A DNA stretch of 64,000 bases from Alkalispirochaeta sp. (GCA_965242725.1 CBDESZ010000004.1:366195-430194), one strand, 5' to 3'. Positions 37,707 through 48,255 are shown, numbered from the stretch's first letter. A program made the numbers and translations. The notes: generated by a model from the sequence alone, not told the origin.

Positions 37707-38357
37707 CTACTGGGTGACGCGGCGGAACGGGATGATGTTGAGGGCGGCGCTGCGCTGGGTGACGTCGCCGTCGCGCACGGCGTAGCGGCGCTGGCAGCCG
37801 CTGCAGATCAGGTCGACGTGCAGCACCGGCATGGTGGCATCGAAGCGCAGCAAGGGTTCGCCACAGCGGCAAATGAAACCGATGGTGCGGGCCGGGTTGC
37901 CGGCGGCGATGTGGAAGTCGGGAACATGGTGGGTGACGACGGCGCCCATGCCGACCATGGCAAACCGGCCGATGTTCAGGTCGGCGCCGACGATGGCACC
38001 GGCGCCGATGCTGGCGCCCTGGGCAATGACGGTGCGCGAGCGCGCGCCGATGTCGGGGCGCATGGCGGACAGGTCGGGTGTGGTGGCGCGGGGGTAACGG
38101 CGGTCGGCCATGATGACGCCGGGGCCGACATAGACGCCGTCCTCGACGGTGGCGCCGGGGCACAGGTGGACGCCGGCCTCGACCCGGACGCGGTCGCCGA
38201 TGTCGACGCCGGCGCCGAAGATAACCCCGGCGCCGATGGCGCAGTCGGCGCCGACGCTGGCCGGGCCGCTGATGTGGGCATGCTGGCGCACGGACGTTCC
38301 CGCGCCGAGGTCCACGCCTGCTTCGATCCAGGCGGTGGGGTCAATACGAACGGTCAT
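37707..38357 (-). CDS. Hexapeptide-repeat acyltransferase (WbpD-like) with C-terminal Cys-pair extension
   Basis: Left-handed beta-helix repeats; GASIGAGA; GNPAR; CRCG...CSGC. Confidence 0.8.
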   Translation of the reverse strand: MTVRIDPTAWIEAGVDLGAGTSVRQHAHISGPASVGADCAIGAGVIFGAGVDIGDRVRVEAGVHLCPGATVEDGVYVGPGVIMADRRYPRATTPDLSAMRPDIGARSRTVIAQGASIGAGAIVGADLNIGRFAMVGMGAVVTHHVPDFHIAAGNPARTIGFICRCGEPLLRFDATMPVLHVDLICSGCQRRYAVRDGDVTQRSAALNIIPFRRVTQ

Positions 38358-38545
38358 ATACGGACGGCATCCCTACAAAACGAACCCGCGCGGACGGCCC
38401 GGTCCCATCGCTGGTGTCCCGCGACGGGGTTTTCGGTACCGACCATGGACGCGAGTTTGGGTCCGTCGGGCAGGGCCGTCAAAACCGCATAAGGCGTTCC
38501 ACGACTTAGTAAACGGCTATGCCGTTTGGCCCGGGGGACGGGGCT

Positions 38546-39244
38546 TTAGCGCACGTAGGCACCGCCATTTAGGTCGATGCATGCGCCGTTGAGGTTGCGC
38601 CAATGGGGCTGGGTCAGGTCGAAAACCTGGGCCGCGAGGTCGGCGATGGCGACAAACTCCCCGGTCGGGGTCTGGCCGCGGTGGCCCTCGCGGATTTCCG
38701 GGGCCATGGCGTCGTGCATGGCGGAATCGGCGATCAGCGCGGGGGCGATGGCATTGACCCGGGTCGCGGGCGCCAGGGCGCGGGCCATGGATTTGACGAA
38801 GCCGAGGACGGCCGCCTTGGCGGCGGCGTAGAACGGGTCGAAGCTGCCGCGCTGGCCGGACACGGATGACATAACCAGGACGGATGAGGGGTCGCGCAAA
38901 TGGGGCAGCAGGGCCTGCAGCAGCAGCGCCTGGCCGGTGAAGTTGACGTCGACGACGCGTTCGGCGAGGGCCGGGTCGTAGGCCGGCAGGTTGTTGCCGG
39001 GCAAGAGACCGGCGAACAGCAGGACGACGTCGAGGCCGCCGCGGTCGGCGACGGCGGTGGTCAGCGCGGCGCGGTCTTGGGGATCGGTGATGTCGGCCTG
39101 GATGTAGGCGGCGGTGGCCGAGGGGTTCGCCGGCGGGTGGCTGTGGTAGGTGGCGGTGACGTGGTCGCCGGCGGCGGAGTAGCGGTCGACGATGGCGGGG
39201 CCGATGCTCGACGAACCGCCGACCAAAAGGACGTTACGCGGCAT
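38546..39244 (-). CDS. SDR oxidoreductase
   Basis: GGSSSIG, SSVSG, YAAAK, VNAIAP; overlaps the manC stop. Confidence 0.85.
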   Translation of the reverse strand: MPRNVLLVGGSSSIGPAIVDRYSAAGDHVTATYHSHPPANPSATAAYIQADITDPQDRAALTTAVADRGGLDVVLLFAGLLPGNNLPAYDPALAERVVDVNFTGQALLLQALLPHLRDPSSVLVMSSVSGQRGSFDPFYAAAKAAVLGFVKSMARALAPATRVNAIAPALIADSAMHDAMAPEIREGHRGQTPTGEFVAIADLAAQVFDLTQPHWRNLNGACIDLNGGAYVR

Positions 39245-40631
39245 CGGTGGCCTCCGTGGCGACGGCGACGACGACCGCGGGGGTGGCGCTCGGGTTGGCC
39301 AGTTCGACGGCGGTGTCGACGGTGACGCTGGCGCCGGCGGCCAGGGACCGGCCGGCGACGGTGAGCGGCGCGGCGGCGGTGCAGTGGACGGGTGCGCCGG
39401 GGTGCCAGGTGCCGGTGGCACCGGGTTGGACGGTGATCTCAAACACTGTATGGCCGTCGCCGCGGCTGAGGACGCGGGTACTGCCCCAGGCGTGGGGCAC
39501 GGTGGCGGTGCGGTCGAGTTCGGGCCGGCCGGCGATGCGGTCGACGGCGGCGCGTAGGTCGTTGCCGTCGGCGCCCAAGCCGGCGACGAGCACCGCGTCG
39601 GGGGTCTCGAGGACGGCGACGTTGTCGACGCCGACGCAGACGACAAGGCGGCCGTCGGCGGCGACCAGGTTGTTGTGGGCGGCGGCGACGACAACGTCGC
39701 CGGTGACGGCGTTGCCGGCGTCGGTCTTGGCGGCGGCCTCCCACCAACTCTGCCACGAGCCGACGTCGGACCAACCGAGGTCGTCGCAGGGCACGACGGC
39801 GACGTCGGGCGACTGCTCCATCACCGCGGTGTCGACGGGCATTGAGGGGATGGCGGCGTATGCCTCGGCGTCGAGGGTGCAGGTGCGGTCGTCGACGCGG
39901 TGAGTGTCGAAGGCGCCGCAGACGGCGGCGTGGAGGCCGGTCTCGGCATTGCGTAGTTCGGCCAGCAGCTTGTCGGCCGGCAGGACGAACATGCCGCTGT
40001 TCCACTTGTGGCCGGCCTTGACGAATTTGGCGGCAAGGTCGGCGTCGGGCTTTTCGAGGAACTGGCTGACCGTGCTGACGGCGGACTCGCCGATCGTCTC
40101 GCCCTGTTCGATGTAGCCGTAGCCGGTTTCGGGGCGGGTCGGGGTGATGCCGAAGGTGACCAGCTTGGCATGGTCGACGGCGGCGCGGGCCGCGGTCGCG
40201 ACGTATTCCTGCAGCTTGGCCTCGTTGGCGATGACGTGGTCGGCGGCGAGGACCCAGAGGGTGGACTCGGCGATGTGGGCGCGGGCGTAGAGCGCGGCAA
40301 AGGCAATGGCGGCGGCGGTGTTGCGGGCCGACGGTTCGAGCAGGTAGTGGACGCGGGCGGCGACGTCGAGGGCCTCGACCTGGCGGCGCAAGGGCGCGAC
40401 GAGATCGGCCAAGGTGACGACGAGGATATCGGCGGCGCCGGCGGTGACGGCGCGGCGCACGGCGGCCTGGAACAGGGAAACGTCGCTGCCGCCGACGCGG
40501 TGGAGTTGCTTGGGAAAATCGGTGCGGCTCAACGGCCAGAGGCGGCGGCCGGCGCCGCCGCACAGGATCACCGGGACCAGGGGCCGGTCGGGCGGTGCCG
40601 GCGGCTCAAAGGCGCGCGGTTGAAATGCCAT
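39234..40631 (-). CDS. manC: Mannose-1-phosphate guanylyltransferase with degenerate C-terminal cupin
   Basis: ILCGG.G.RLWPLSR..PKQ, RNTA, PETGYGYI, FLEKP, WNSGMF, GWSDVGSW. Confidence 0.9.
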   Translation of the reverse strand: MAFQPRAFEPPAPPDRPLVPVILCGGAGRRLWPLSRTDFPKQLHRVGGSDVSLFQAAVRRAVTAGAADILVVTLADLVAPLRRQVEALDVAARVHYLLEPSARNTAAAIAFAALYARAHIAESTLWVLAADHVIANEAKLQEYVATAARAAVDHAKLVTFGITPTRPETGYGYIEQGETIGESAVSTVSQFLEKPDADLAAKFVKAGHKWNSGMFVLPADKLLAELRNAETGLHAAVCGAFDTHRVDDRTCTLDAEAYAAIPSMPVDTAVMEQSPDVAVVPCDDLGWSDVGSWQSWWEAAAKTDAGNAVTGDVVVAAAHNNLVAADGRLVVCVGVDNVAVLETPDAVLVAGLGADGNDLRAAVDRIAGRPELDRTATVPHAWGSTRVLSRGDGHTVFEITVQPGATGTWHPGAPVHCTAAAPLTVAGRSLAAGASVTVDTAVELANPSATPAVVVAVATEATDAA

Positions 40632-40716
40632 TGGTGCCCCTCACAACCAGCATTCACGAAGACGCCGGCACATCATAATGCGCCGGCGTCAAACGGATAC
40701 ACCAAACGGCGTCGGG

Positions 40717-42942
40717 TCAGCTCGTGTAGTACTTCGAGAACTGCTTGGTGTAGAGCATGGAGTCGCCGTAGTTGTAACCGGCGTTCTTGGCGACGTTGAC
40801 CTGGTTGAGGACAACGCCGGCGACGTTACCACCGGCCTCGGCGACCTGCTTGATGGTGGCACCGACGGCGGCCCGCTGGGTCGACTGCCACTTGGCGACG
40901 ACAACGGTCTGGTCGGCGCGGGCGGCGAGCAGCAGGCCGTCGGCGACGGCGAGGATCGGCGGGGCGTCGATCAGGACGATGTCGTAGCGCGACCGCAGTT
41001 CCTCGAGGATCTCGCGGAAGCGCGGGCTCTCCAACAGGTTCATCGGACGGACGAAGTCGGTGCCGGCCTTGATGTAGTGGAGGCCCGAGCGGGTGTCCTC
41101 GTTGAGCACGCTGTCGATGGAGTCGTCGTCGAGGAGCAACTGCATCAGGCCGCGGCCGTTACCGTCGTCGCCCAAGGCGCGGTGCAAGCGCGGGCGGCGG
41201 AAGTCGCAGTCGATGACGACGACCTTGCGGCCGAGGGCGGCGACGACGCGGCCCATGGCGGCGACCAGGGTGGTCTTGCCCTCGCCCGGCATGGCCGAGG
41301 TGAAGACAATGCTCGACTGGCCGGGATCGCCGTCGTGCAGCAGCACGGTGGTATAGAGCCGGCGCATGGCTTCGGCGTAGTGGGATAAGGGGTTGTCGAG
41401 AACCACTTCCTCCAGGACACGCTTGAAGCCGGGCATGGAGCGGACTTCCGGCACGAGGCCGAGGCCGCTGACGCCGAAGGACTTCTCGATCTCCTCGGCG
41501 CTGCGGAAGCCGCCCTCGAGGAGTTCGACCGCGAAGGCCAGGGTCAGGGCAAAGCCGAGGGCCATGCCGAGGGACGCCACCGCGAGGAGCTTGCGGTTGG
41601 GGAAGGCAGCGCGATCCGGGACCTCGGCCGGCGAGATGATGCGGGCGTTGGACTGGACGAAGTCGGAGGCGCCGGCGGCGTTCATCTGATCTAGGAACGT
41701 CGTGTAGAGCAGGCGGTTGGATTCGACCTCGCTGCGCAGGGCGGCAAGCTGGATCTCGGCACCGGACCGGCCGGCGATTTCGGAATCCAGCGCGTTGAGG
41801 GTTTGGTTGAGGGCGTTGACACGGGACTGGGCCAACGAGGCCTCGTTGCGGATGCCGGCGATGACGCGGTCCATCTCGGCCTGCATGCGGGCGGCGGCGC
41901 TGTCGCGCTCGGCCTGCAGGTTGATCATGACCGGGTGGCGGGGGCCGAACTCGGCGGTGGCCTGGGCCATGCGGGCGTCGATCTCGATGACCTGGGCGTT
42001 GAGGTCGAGAATGATGTTGGACTGCAGCACGTCGGGCAGCGCGGCGACGCCGCCGACGGAGTTGCGGGCGCGCTCGACCAGGGCGGCGCGGGCCTGGGCC
42101 TCGGCCAAGGCGGAGCGGGCGCGGGACAGCTCGGCGCTGACGTCGGAGATCTGCGACTGCAGGATACTGACGTCGTCGGCACCGAGGGTGATGTTCTGCT
42201 GCTCGCGGTAGCTGGCGAGGGCTTCCTCGGACTCGGTGAGCTTGGCGCGCAGTTCGGCGACCCGGGTGTTGAGCCAGGTAGTCGCCTCCTGGATCGCCTC
42301 GAAGCGGCTCTCCAGATGGTCGACGACGTAGAGGTCGGCGACGGTGTTGGCGGCCAGGGCGGCGAGCACCTTGTCCTCGGACTCGAACGTCACCTCGATA
42401 ACGCGGGAGCGGCCGGCGGTGCCGACGTTGAGGCGCTTCAAGAAGCTGGTGACGAGGCGGTTGCGTTCGTCGGCGGCGGACACGACCTCGGTCTCGTCCT
42501 CGCCGAAGCTCAAGAGACCGCGCAGGCCCTCGGGCAACAGGCCGGCGATGGCCGACTCCTGGGGCTCGGCGGAAAACTCGAAGTGGCTGCCGAGGTCGAG
42601 CTTGTCGACGACGCGGCCGACGAGCTTGCGGGATTCGATGATTTCGATCTGGCTTTGGATGGTCTCGGCGGCGCTGTCGAGGCCGGTGGTGAAGTCGGTC
42701 GGGTTGAACAGGTTCTTGTCCGGCTCGATGAGGACCTCGGCGGTGGCCTCGAAACGCTCGGTCAGGGAAATGATAGCGAACAGGGCGCCGGCCATGAGGA
42801 CGGTCACGGTGACGCCAATGAGCCAACGCCGCCGTTTAATGATGGCGAACAGTTCGGACAAACTCAGGCCGCCGAGGACCTTTTCTTCAGGGCTCGACTG
42901 GCGGAGTTGGGAGATGAAAGGAACCGACTTCATGGTTGTCAC
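40717..42942 (-). CDS. wzc: Polysaccharide co-polymerase / BY-kinase (Wzc/ExoP/GumC)
   Basis: Wzz-like N-terminus with TM; coiled coil; GPRHP; second TM; Walker A PGEGKT; DCDFRRP; DAPP; Tyr-rich tail. Confidence 0.9.
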   Translation of the reverse strand: MTTMKSVPFISQLRQSSPEEKVLGGLSLSELFAIIKRRRWLIGVTVTVLMAGALFAIISLTERFEATAEVLIEPDKNLFNPTDFTTGLDSAAETIQSQIEIIESRKLVGRVVDKLDLGSHFEFSAEPQESAIAGLLPEGLRGLLSFGEDETEVVSAADERNRLVTSFLKRLNVGTAGRSRVIEVTFESEDKVLAALAANTVADLYVVDHLESRFEAIQEATTWLNTRVAELRAKLTESEEALASYREQQNITLGADDVSILQSQISDVSAELSRARSALAEAQARAALVERARNSVGGVAALPDVLQSNIILDLNAQVIEIDARMAQATAEFGPRHPVMINLQAERDSAAARMQAEMDRVIAGIRNEASLAQSRVNALNQTLNALDSEIAGRSGAEIQLAALRSEVESNRLLYTTFLDQMNAAGASDFVQSNARIISPAEVPDRAAFPNRKLLAVASLGMALGFALTLAFAVELLEGGFRSAEEIEKSFGVSGLGLVPEVRSMPGFKRVLEEVVLDNPLSHYAEAMRRLYTTVLLHDGDPGQSSIVFTSAMPGEGKTTLVAAMGRVVAALGRKVVVIDCDFRRPRLHRALGDDGNGRGLMQLLLDDDSIDSVLNEDTRSGLHYIKAGTDFVRPMNLLESPRFREILEELRSRYDIVLIDAPPILAVADGLLLAARADQTVVVAKWQSTQRAAVGATIKQVAEAGGNVAGVVLNQVNVAKNAGYNYGDSMLYTKQFSKYYTS

Positions 42943-42980
42943 GTCGTGACGCTCCTAAAAATACGTGTTGGGTAGCGCGG

Positions 42981-43595
42981 TTAGCGAATCAACCGAGCCG
43001 GAATCTCTAAAATGTCTCCTGGAAAAACAGGGTCCGTGCCGTTGGCAAACTCACTGGTGCCGGAGGTGTTGGACGCGCGGATAATGAGCGGCTGCTTGTC
43101 GGGCAGCGCGGCGGCGGAACGGCCGCCGGCAGCGGCGATGGCGGCCAACACCGTCATGCCCGGCCGATAGGCCAGGTTGCCGGGCTGATTGACGCCGCCG
43201 AGCACAGCCACGGGCCGGTATTCAATAACCCGGACCGTGACGTTGGGGTCGCGGAGGAAATCGCCACGATAGCGCTCGGCGATTTCGGCCTCGACTTCGT
43301 CCTGGGTGCGGCCGGCAACGCGGACGTTGCCGATGAGCGCCATGGCGATCTGGCCGTCGCCACCGATGGGGAAGACGCCGGAGAGATCGTCGTGGCGCAG
43401 GATCGTCACCTCGATGGTGTCGCCGGTACCCAAGGGGAAGGACCGGCCGGAATTGGCAACGGGGGCGTTGGGGTCGAAAACCGGAATGTCCGGCCGCGCC
43501 GGGATCGGCAGATTGCCTTGGCTCGGGGCACAGGCGGCAAGCACGAAAATGCCGAAAACGATGACGCCCAAGCGGCGGGTCAGTTGCATAACCAT
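42981..43595 (-). CDS. wza: Polysaccharide export lipoprotein (Wza/OPX)
   Basis: Lipobox LAAC; LG.GD.I.V; G.I...LIG; FLRDP.V.V; GGV..PG; PGD. Confidence 0.88.
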   Translation of the reverse strand: MVMQLTRRLGVIVFGIFVLAACAPSQGNLPIPARPDIPVFDPNAPVANSGRSFPLGTGDTIEVTILRHDDLSGVFPIGGDGQIAMALIGNVRVAGRTQDEVEAEIAERYRGDFLRDPNVTVRVIEYRPVAVLGGVNQPGNLAYRPGMTVLAAIAAAGGRSAAALPDKQPLIIRASNTSGTSEFANGTDPVFPGDILEIPARLIR

Positions 43596-44022
43596 TGCCG
43601 AAAATCCTTACCCTTAGTCCAGTCGCGACCTACACAATTCCGGACCGCGCCGCCGTGAAAGGGAGGCAGGCGCAGCAGACTCCCGCGCCCGGAAATTCGG
43701 CGAATTATGGGACCGTGCAAATTCACCTGCTAGCCTCTCAGAAGTGGGATATTTAGCGAATAGGGGTAAGTTCGACGCGCCAATGGGAATAGCGGCGCGG
43801 GCCCCCGGTTGCGACCGGCTTAGGCCGCATGAAACGTCGTTTTAAGCGATGCGCGGCGGGTTTGGTGCGGACCCTTTTGCTTACTCCCAATGCGACAAAG
43901 CGCGGGCCTGGGGGCGTGATAGTTTGCCGCGATCCGCGTCCTGAGGCTTGCGACCTACCAAAATAGTGCAACGGGCAACGACGCGGTAAACGCCCCGGCA
44001 ACTGCGTTATCGTCGACCCGAA

Positions 44023-45312
44023 ATGCTGCAGCGTTACCTTCTGACTTTCTGCAACCAAGGCATCGTCAGCCTGTTTAACTTCGTGTTGACGCTGTCGCTG
44101 GTGCGGCAATGGGAAGTCTACGACTTCGGCATTTTCGCGCTGATCCTGCAGATTACGCTGACGCTGGAGGGCTTCCAGAACGCGCTGGTGGCGACGCCGC
44201 TGAGCGTGTGGGCACCGGCGATGACGCGGCGGGCGCCGCGGGTGCGGATCGAGACGACCCTGTGGAGCGTCGGCAGCGTGCTGATGATCGGCGTGGCGAT
44301 CGGCGCGGCGCTGATCACGGCGATGCTGACGGACGACGGCGGCTGGCTGGTGGCGGCGGCGGTGAGCGGGTTCCTGGTGGCGCGGCTGGTGCGCCACTAT
44401 GGCCGGGCGTACCTGTTCGCGCGACTGCAGCCGGGCAAGGTGGCGATCGCCGACGTCGGCTATGTGGCGATCGGCAGCGTCGCCGTCGCGTTGGTGTGGT
44501 GGGCGCCGGACGCGGCGAGCCTGATCGTGGTGCTGGCGCTACTGACCGCCGGGTCGCTGATCGGCACGGTGGCGAGCCTGGTGGCGGCGGGATGCCGGCT
44601 GCGGCCGGCGTGGCGGCGGCGGACCCTGGCACACTACCTGGTGCCGTGGCGGACCGCGCGGTGGGGCCTGGTCGGGGTGACGACGACGACGATCCATACG
44701 CGGTCTCACGCGGCGGTGGTGACCGGGTTCTTCGGGCCGGAGCTGTTTGCGGTGCTGGCCGCCGGGGAGGCGCTGGTGGGGCCGATCCGCACGGCGCTGC
44801 AAGCGTGGGGCATGATCACCCGGCCGACGATGGCGACGGCCTACGGGCGCAACGACCAGCCGGCGATCGACCGGATGAACGGGATTTCGCTGCTGCTGCT
44901 GGGTGGCGGCTTGGCTGCGTTCGCGGCCCTGCTGTGGGCGGCCTGGGGGCCGATCAGCAACGCCGTCTACGGCGACAAATACGCCGATATGTCGCTGATC
45001 GTCGGGCTGTGGGTGGTCATCGTGTCGCTGTTGGCGCTGCGGACCATCATCAGCATCACCCTGCAAGCAATGCGGGCGTTCCGGGAGTTGGCGTTCGCCA
45101 CGGCCTACGGCGCCGGGGTCAGTCTGGCGGCCGTGACCGGGCTGGCGCTGGTGTTCGGGTTCGAATACAGCCTGATCGGGCTGGCGCTCGGCGAGGCGGT
45201 GGTGCTCGGCCTGCTAACCCGGGCGTACCTGCGGCTGCGCACGGTGTCCGGGACGGCGCGGGAGGCGGTGGTGCCGGAGAGCCAGCCGGCGCATCCCCTC
45301 GCGCCAAGGTGA
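44023..45312 (+). CDS. wzx: Polysaccharide flippase (Wzx/MOP family)
   Basis: About 12 TM helices; NQ.IVSL.NF...R.....DFG; located in the EPS locus. Confidence 0.75.
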   Translation: MLQRYLLTFCNQGIVSLFNFVLTLSLVRQWEVYDFGIFALILQITLTLEGFQNALVATPLSVWAPAMTRRAPRVRIETTLWSVGSVLMIGVAIGAALITAMLTDDGGWLVAAAVSGFLVARLVRHYGRAYLFARLQPGKVAIADVGYVAIGSVAVALVWWAPDAASLIVVLALLTAGSLIGTVASLVAAGCRLRPAWRRRTLAHYLVPWRTARWGLVGVTTTTIHTRSHAAVVTGFFGPELFAVLAAGEALVGPIRTALQAWGMITRPTMATAYGRNDQPAIDRMNGISLLLLGGGLAAFAALLWAAWGPISNAVYGDKYADMSLIVGLWVVIVSLLALRTIISITLQAMRAFRELAFATAYGAGVSLAAVTGLALVFGFEYSLIGLALGEAVVLGLLTRAYLRLRTVSGTAREAVVPESQPAHPLAPR

Positions 45313-45346
45313 ACGCACGAAAGCCCGTGTAACACGGAAGAGTTGG

Positions 45347-45374
45347 TTGACAATATGCGGGCCCGTTCCAAACT
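45347..45374 (+). promoter_or_regulatory. Putative sigma70 promoter
   Basis: TTGACA at 45347, 16-bp spacer, CAAACT; upstream of ATG 45417. Confidence 0.4.
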
Positions 45375-45416
45375 TCCGGGGACCCCTGACGCCCTTCCCG
45401 GGAACGAAAGCTGACC

Positions 45417-46577
45417 ATGAGAATTGCCCGATCCGCGCCCCTGGCCGCGGCCGTTTTGGCTGCCGTAACCGCCCTCAGCGGCACGGCGGCGGCTGAGGTC
45501 ATCAACGCCAAGAGCGGCGCCAGAGACGACATCCAGGCGGCGATCGACGCCGCGAGCACCGGCGATGTCGTGCAGATCCCGGCCGGGGTCTTCGAATTCG
45601 AGGGCATCGTCAACGCCCCGGACGGCATTCACATTCGCGGCGCGGGCCGGGACGAGACCTTCTTGGTTAAGACCGACCGCATCTCGATGTGGGACGCGAT
45701 GATTAACGTCGATTGCTCGACCGGGGAGCCGTTCCTGTTTTCGGGCATTTCGATGCAGGGCACGGGACGGTTCATCCAGGGCAACAGCACGCGCAAGGGG
45801 CCGGTGCGGGACCAGGGGCTGAACCTGTTCGGCCAGTGCATCGACTTCGAGATCTTCGACAGCCGGTTTACCAAGTTTAGCCGGGCCGGGATCGAGATCG
45901 TGGCGCGCAACGGCTCGAACCCGGGCGAGGCGCGTGGGGTGATCTACAACAATCAGTTCTTCGACATCTGGTACCCCAACAACGGCTATGGCATCGAGGT
46001 CGTGGGGCACGAGAACGCCTGGGACAAGCCGCTCGACCTAGGCACGGAACGGGCGGTGTTCATCGAGGACAACTACTTCGAACTGACCCGACACACGGTG
46101 GCGGCGAACAACGGGGCGCGCTACGTGTTCCGGTTCAACACCATCCGCAACAACTACGACCGGGCGGCGGCGATCGACGCCCACGGGTTGGCGTCATGGC
46201 CGCGCGGGACGCGGACCTACGAAATCTACGGCAACACGGTGCACAACGACGAAGAACGCTGGGCCGGGATCGGCATCCGCGGCGGCGACGGGGTGGTGTT
46301 CGACAACCAGATCGTCGGCGTCAAGTACGGCATTCTGCTGATGAACGAGAAGCACTCGACGTTCGACCGCTACCCAAAGAAGGACCAGATCCGCGACGTC
46401 TGGGTGTGGGACAACAGCGTTAACGGGCGCGAAGGGCGCGGTATCGAGTTCTGGGCGCGGCAGAAGGGGGTCGGGCGGCTGCTCAAGGAAGGCCGCGACT
46501 ATCACCTGACGCAGCGGCCGGATTACACGCCGTACCCCTACCCGCACCCGCTGCGCGCCGACAACAACGACAGCTAA
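45417..46577 (+). CDS. Secreted right-handed parallel beta-helix protein
   Basis: Signal peptide; IQAAIDAA..GD.V.IPAG; Asn-ladder repeats (IYNNQF, IEDNYF, FRFNTI, IYGNTV, VFDNQI). Confidence 0.8.
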   Translation: MRIARSAPLAAAVLAAVTALSGTAAAEVINAKSGARDDIQAAIDAASTGDVVQIPAGVFEFEGIVNAPDGIHIRGAGRDETFLVKTDRISMWDAMINVDCSTGEPFLFSGISMQGTGRFIQGNSTRKGPVRDQGLNLFGQCIDFEIFDSRFTKFSRAGIEIVARNGSNPGEARGVIYNNQFFDIWYPNNGYGIEVVGHENAWDKPLDLGTERAVFIEDNYFELTRHTVAANNGARYVFRFNTIRNNYDRAAAIDAHGLASWPRGTRTYEIYGNTVHNDEERWAGIGIRGGDGVVFDNQIVGVKYGILLMNEKHSTFDRYPKKDQIRDVWVWDNSVNGREGRGIEFWARQKGVGRLLKEGRDYHLTQRPDYTPYPYPHPLRADNNDS

Positions 46578-46578
46578 C

Positions 46579-47514
46579 TCAGTAGAAGTTAACCCGGAAC
46601 GGGAACAGGACTTTGCCGAGACCGCGGGCAAAGACCAGGCGCATTTGCGCCAGGCGCGGGGTCGGGTAGCGGTAGGAAATCAGCGCCGGGAAGAAGAAGA
46701 AGACGAGCTGGACCGACGCGGTCGCCATGATCATGGCGAAGTCGCGGATGCGGCGGTCGCTATGGCGCAACCGGGTGCGGACGTAGACCTGGGTCTTGGT
46801 AAACGTGCGGCGCGACCAATAGGCCAGCGACATACGCGACGTCGGCAGGAATTCGGTGACGACGGCGTCGGCGCACCAGACGAGGGTGCGGCCGCGGCGG
46901 TGCAGCCGCATGGTGAGGTCGGTGTCGGAGCCGCCGGTCAGGCCGAGGCCGGGATCGAAGGGCTCGGCATCGGGAAAACAGGTGGCGGCGCGAAACAGGA
47001 TGTTGCAGGTCGGGCCGTGGGGCACGGGGGAGCCGCTGGGCAGGCGTTTGTCGCGGACGGGCAGCTTGCCCTGGGGGTCCCACGCCGGCGGCGAGCCGCC
47101 CTCGAACGATGGATAGACCGGGCCGATGACGACATCGGCGGCGCTGCCACGGGCGGTGTCGACGATGGCGTCGAGCCAGGTCGGCGCGGCGATTTCGTCG
47201 TCGTCGATGAAGGCGACATATTCGGCGGTGCTGGCGGCGATGCCGGCGTTGCGGGCGCGGGCGATGTTGCGGCGCGGTTCGTGGACGTAGCGCAAGGGAT
47301 GGGGCGCCGACGCGGCCATCGCCTCGATCCGCTCACGAGATTTTCCGGCCGGGCTGTTGTCGACGACGATGACCTCGAACGTGACGCCGGCGCGGTTGTG
47401 CTGGGCCATCACGGACTCGATGGTGCGGTCGGCCATCTCGAACCGGTCGACGGTGAGGATGATGACCGAAACGTCGACGGTATCGGCCGCGGGAGTGGCG
47501 GCCGCCTCAGGCAT
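46579..47514 (-). CDS. GT2 glycosyltransferase (ExoM-like)
   Basis: VVDNSP, NIARARN, AFIDDDE, GGSD. Confidence 0.9.
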   Translation of the reverse strand: MPEAAATPAADTVDVSVIILTVDRFEMADRTIESVMAQHNRAGVTFEVIVVDNSPAGKSRERIEAMAASAPHPLRYVHEPRRNIARARNAGIAASTAEYVAFIDDDEIAAPTWLDAIVDTARGSAADVVIGPVYPSFEGGSPPAWDPQGKLPVRDKRLPSGSPVPHGPTCNILFRAATCFPDAEPFDPGLGLTGGSDTDLTMRLHRRGRTLVWCADAVVTEFLPTSRMSLAYWSRRTFTKTQVYVRTRLRHSDRRIRDFAMIMATASVQLVFFFFPALISYRYPTPRLAQMRLVFARGLGKVLFPFRVNFY

Positions 47515-48235
47515 TATAGTAGCCGCGCATGTAGCGCATCATGACGGCGAGGACGCGGAACCCGTAGGTGATGGGGTTGAGGTGGGATTCCTCGTCGCCG
47601 TAGTGGGTGGGGATGCCGAGTTCGTCGATCTTGAGGCCACGACGGCGGGACGCGGCGATGACCTCGACATCGAAATCGAAGGAGTGGCTGAGCTGCTCCA
47701 TAGGCAAGCTGTTAGCGGCGCGGCGGCTGTAGAGCATGTAGCCGGAGTGGTAGTCGGTGAGGTTGAGGCCGAACACCCGGTTTTCCATCCAGGTCAGGAT
47801 CTTGCCGGCGACGGCCTTGTAGCGCGGCATGCCGCCGGCCAGGGCGGTGCCGTCCTTGTGGCGGGAGCCCTGCAGCACGTCGACGCCGTTGGCGGCCATG
47901 TAGCGGACGAATTCAGGCATCTTTTCCGGTGGGTACTGACCGTCGGCGTGGAGACAGACGATGTACTCCGCCGCGGTTTCGAGACACAGGGACAGCCCCT
48001 GGCGAACGGCGGCACCGTAGCCGCTGTTCTGGGCAAAACTGTGGAGCACGACCTTGGGGAACCGTTCCTTGAGCGCGGTGACGACCTCTGCGGTGTCGTC
48101 GGCGCTGCCGTCGTTGACGACAAACACGGTGTCGATGGCGGGCCACGCCTCGGCCGGGATGCGGTCGAGGACGCCGCCGACGGTGGTGGCGGCGTTGTAG
48201 GCGGGGATGAAGATCGAAATGCTCGGTAGTTCCAT
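47507..48235 (-). CDS. GT2 polyprenyl-phosphate glycosyltransferase (DPM1/Ppm1-like)
   Basis: IPAYN, NDGSAD, N.GYGAA, HADGQY, GSR, TDYHSG, PTHYG; no TM tail. Confidence 0.85.
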   Translation of the reverse strand: MELPSISIFIPAYNAATTVGGVLDRIPAEAWPAIDTVFVVNDGSADDTAEVVTALKERFPKVVLHSFAQNSGYGAAVRQGLSLCLETAAEYIVCLHADGQYPPEKMPEFVRYMAANGVDVLQGSRHKDGTALAGGMPRYKAVAGKILTWMENRVFGLNLTDYHSGYMLYSRRAANSLPMEQLSHSFDFDVEVIAASRRRGLKIDELGIPTHYGDEESHLNPITYGFRVLAVMMRYMRGYYNA

Positions 48236-48255
48236 GGATATGTCCCGTTAACCCG

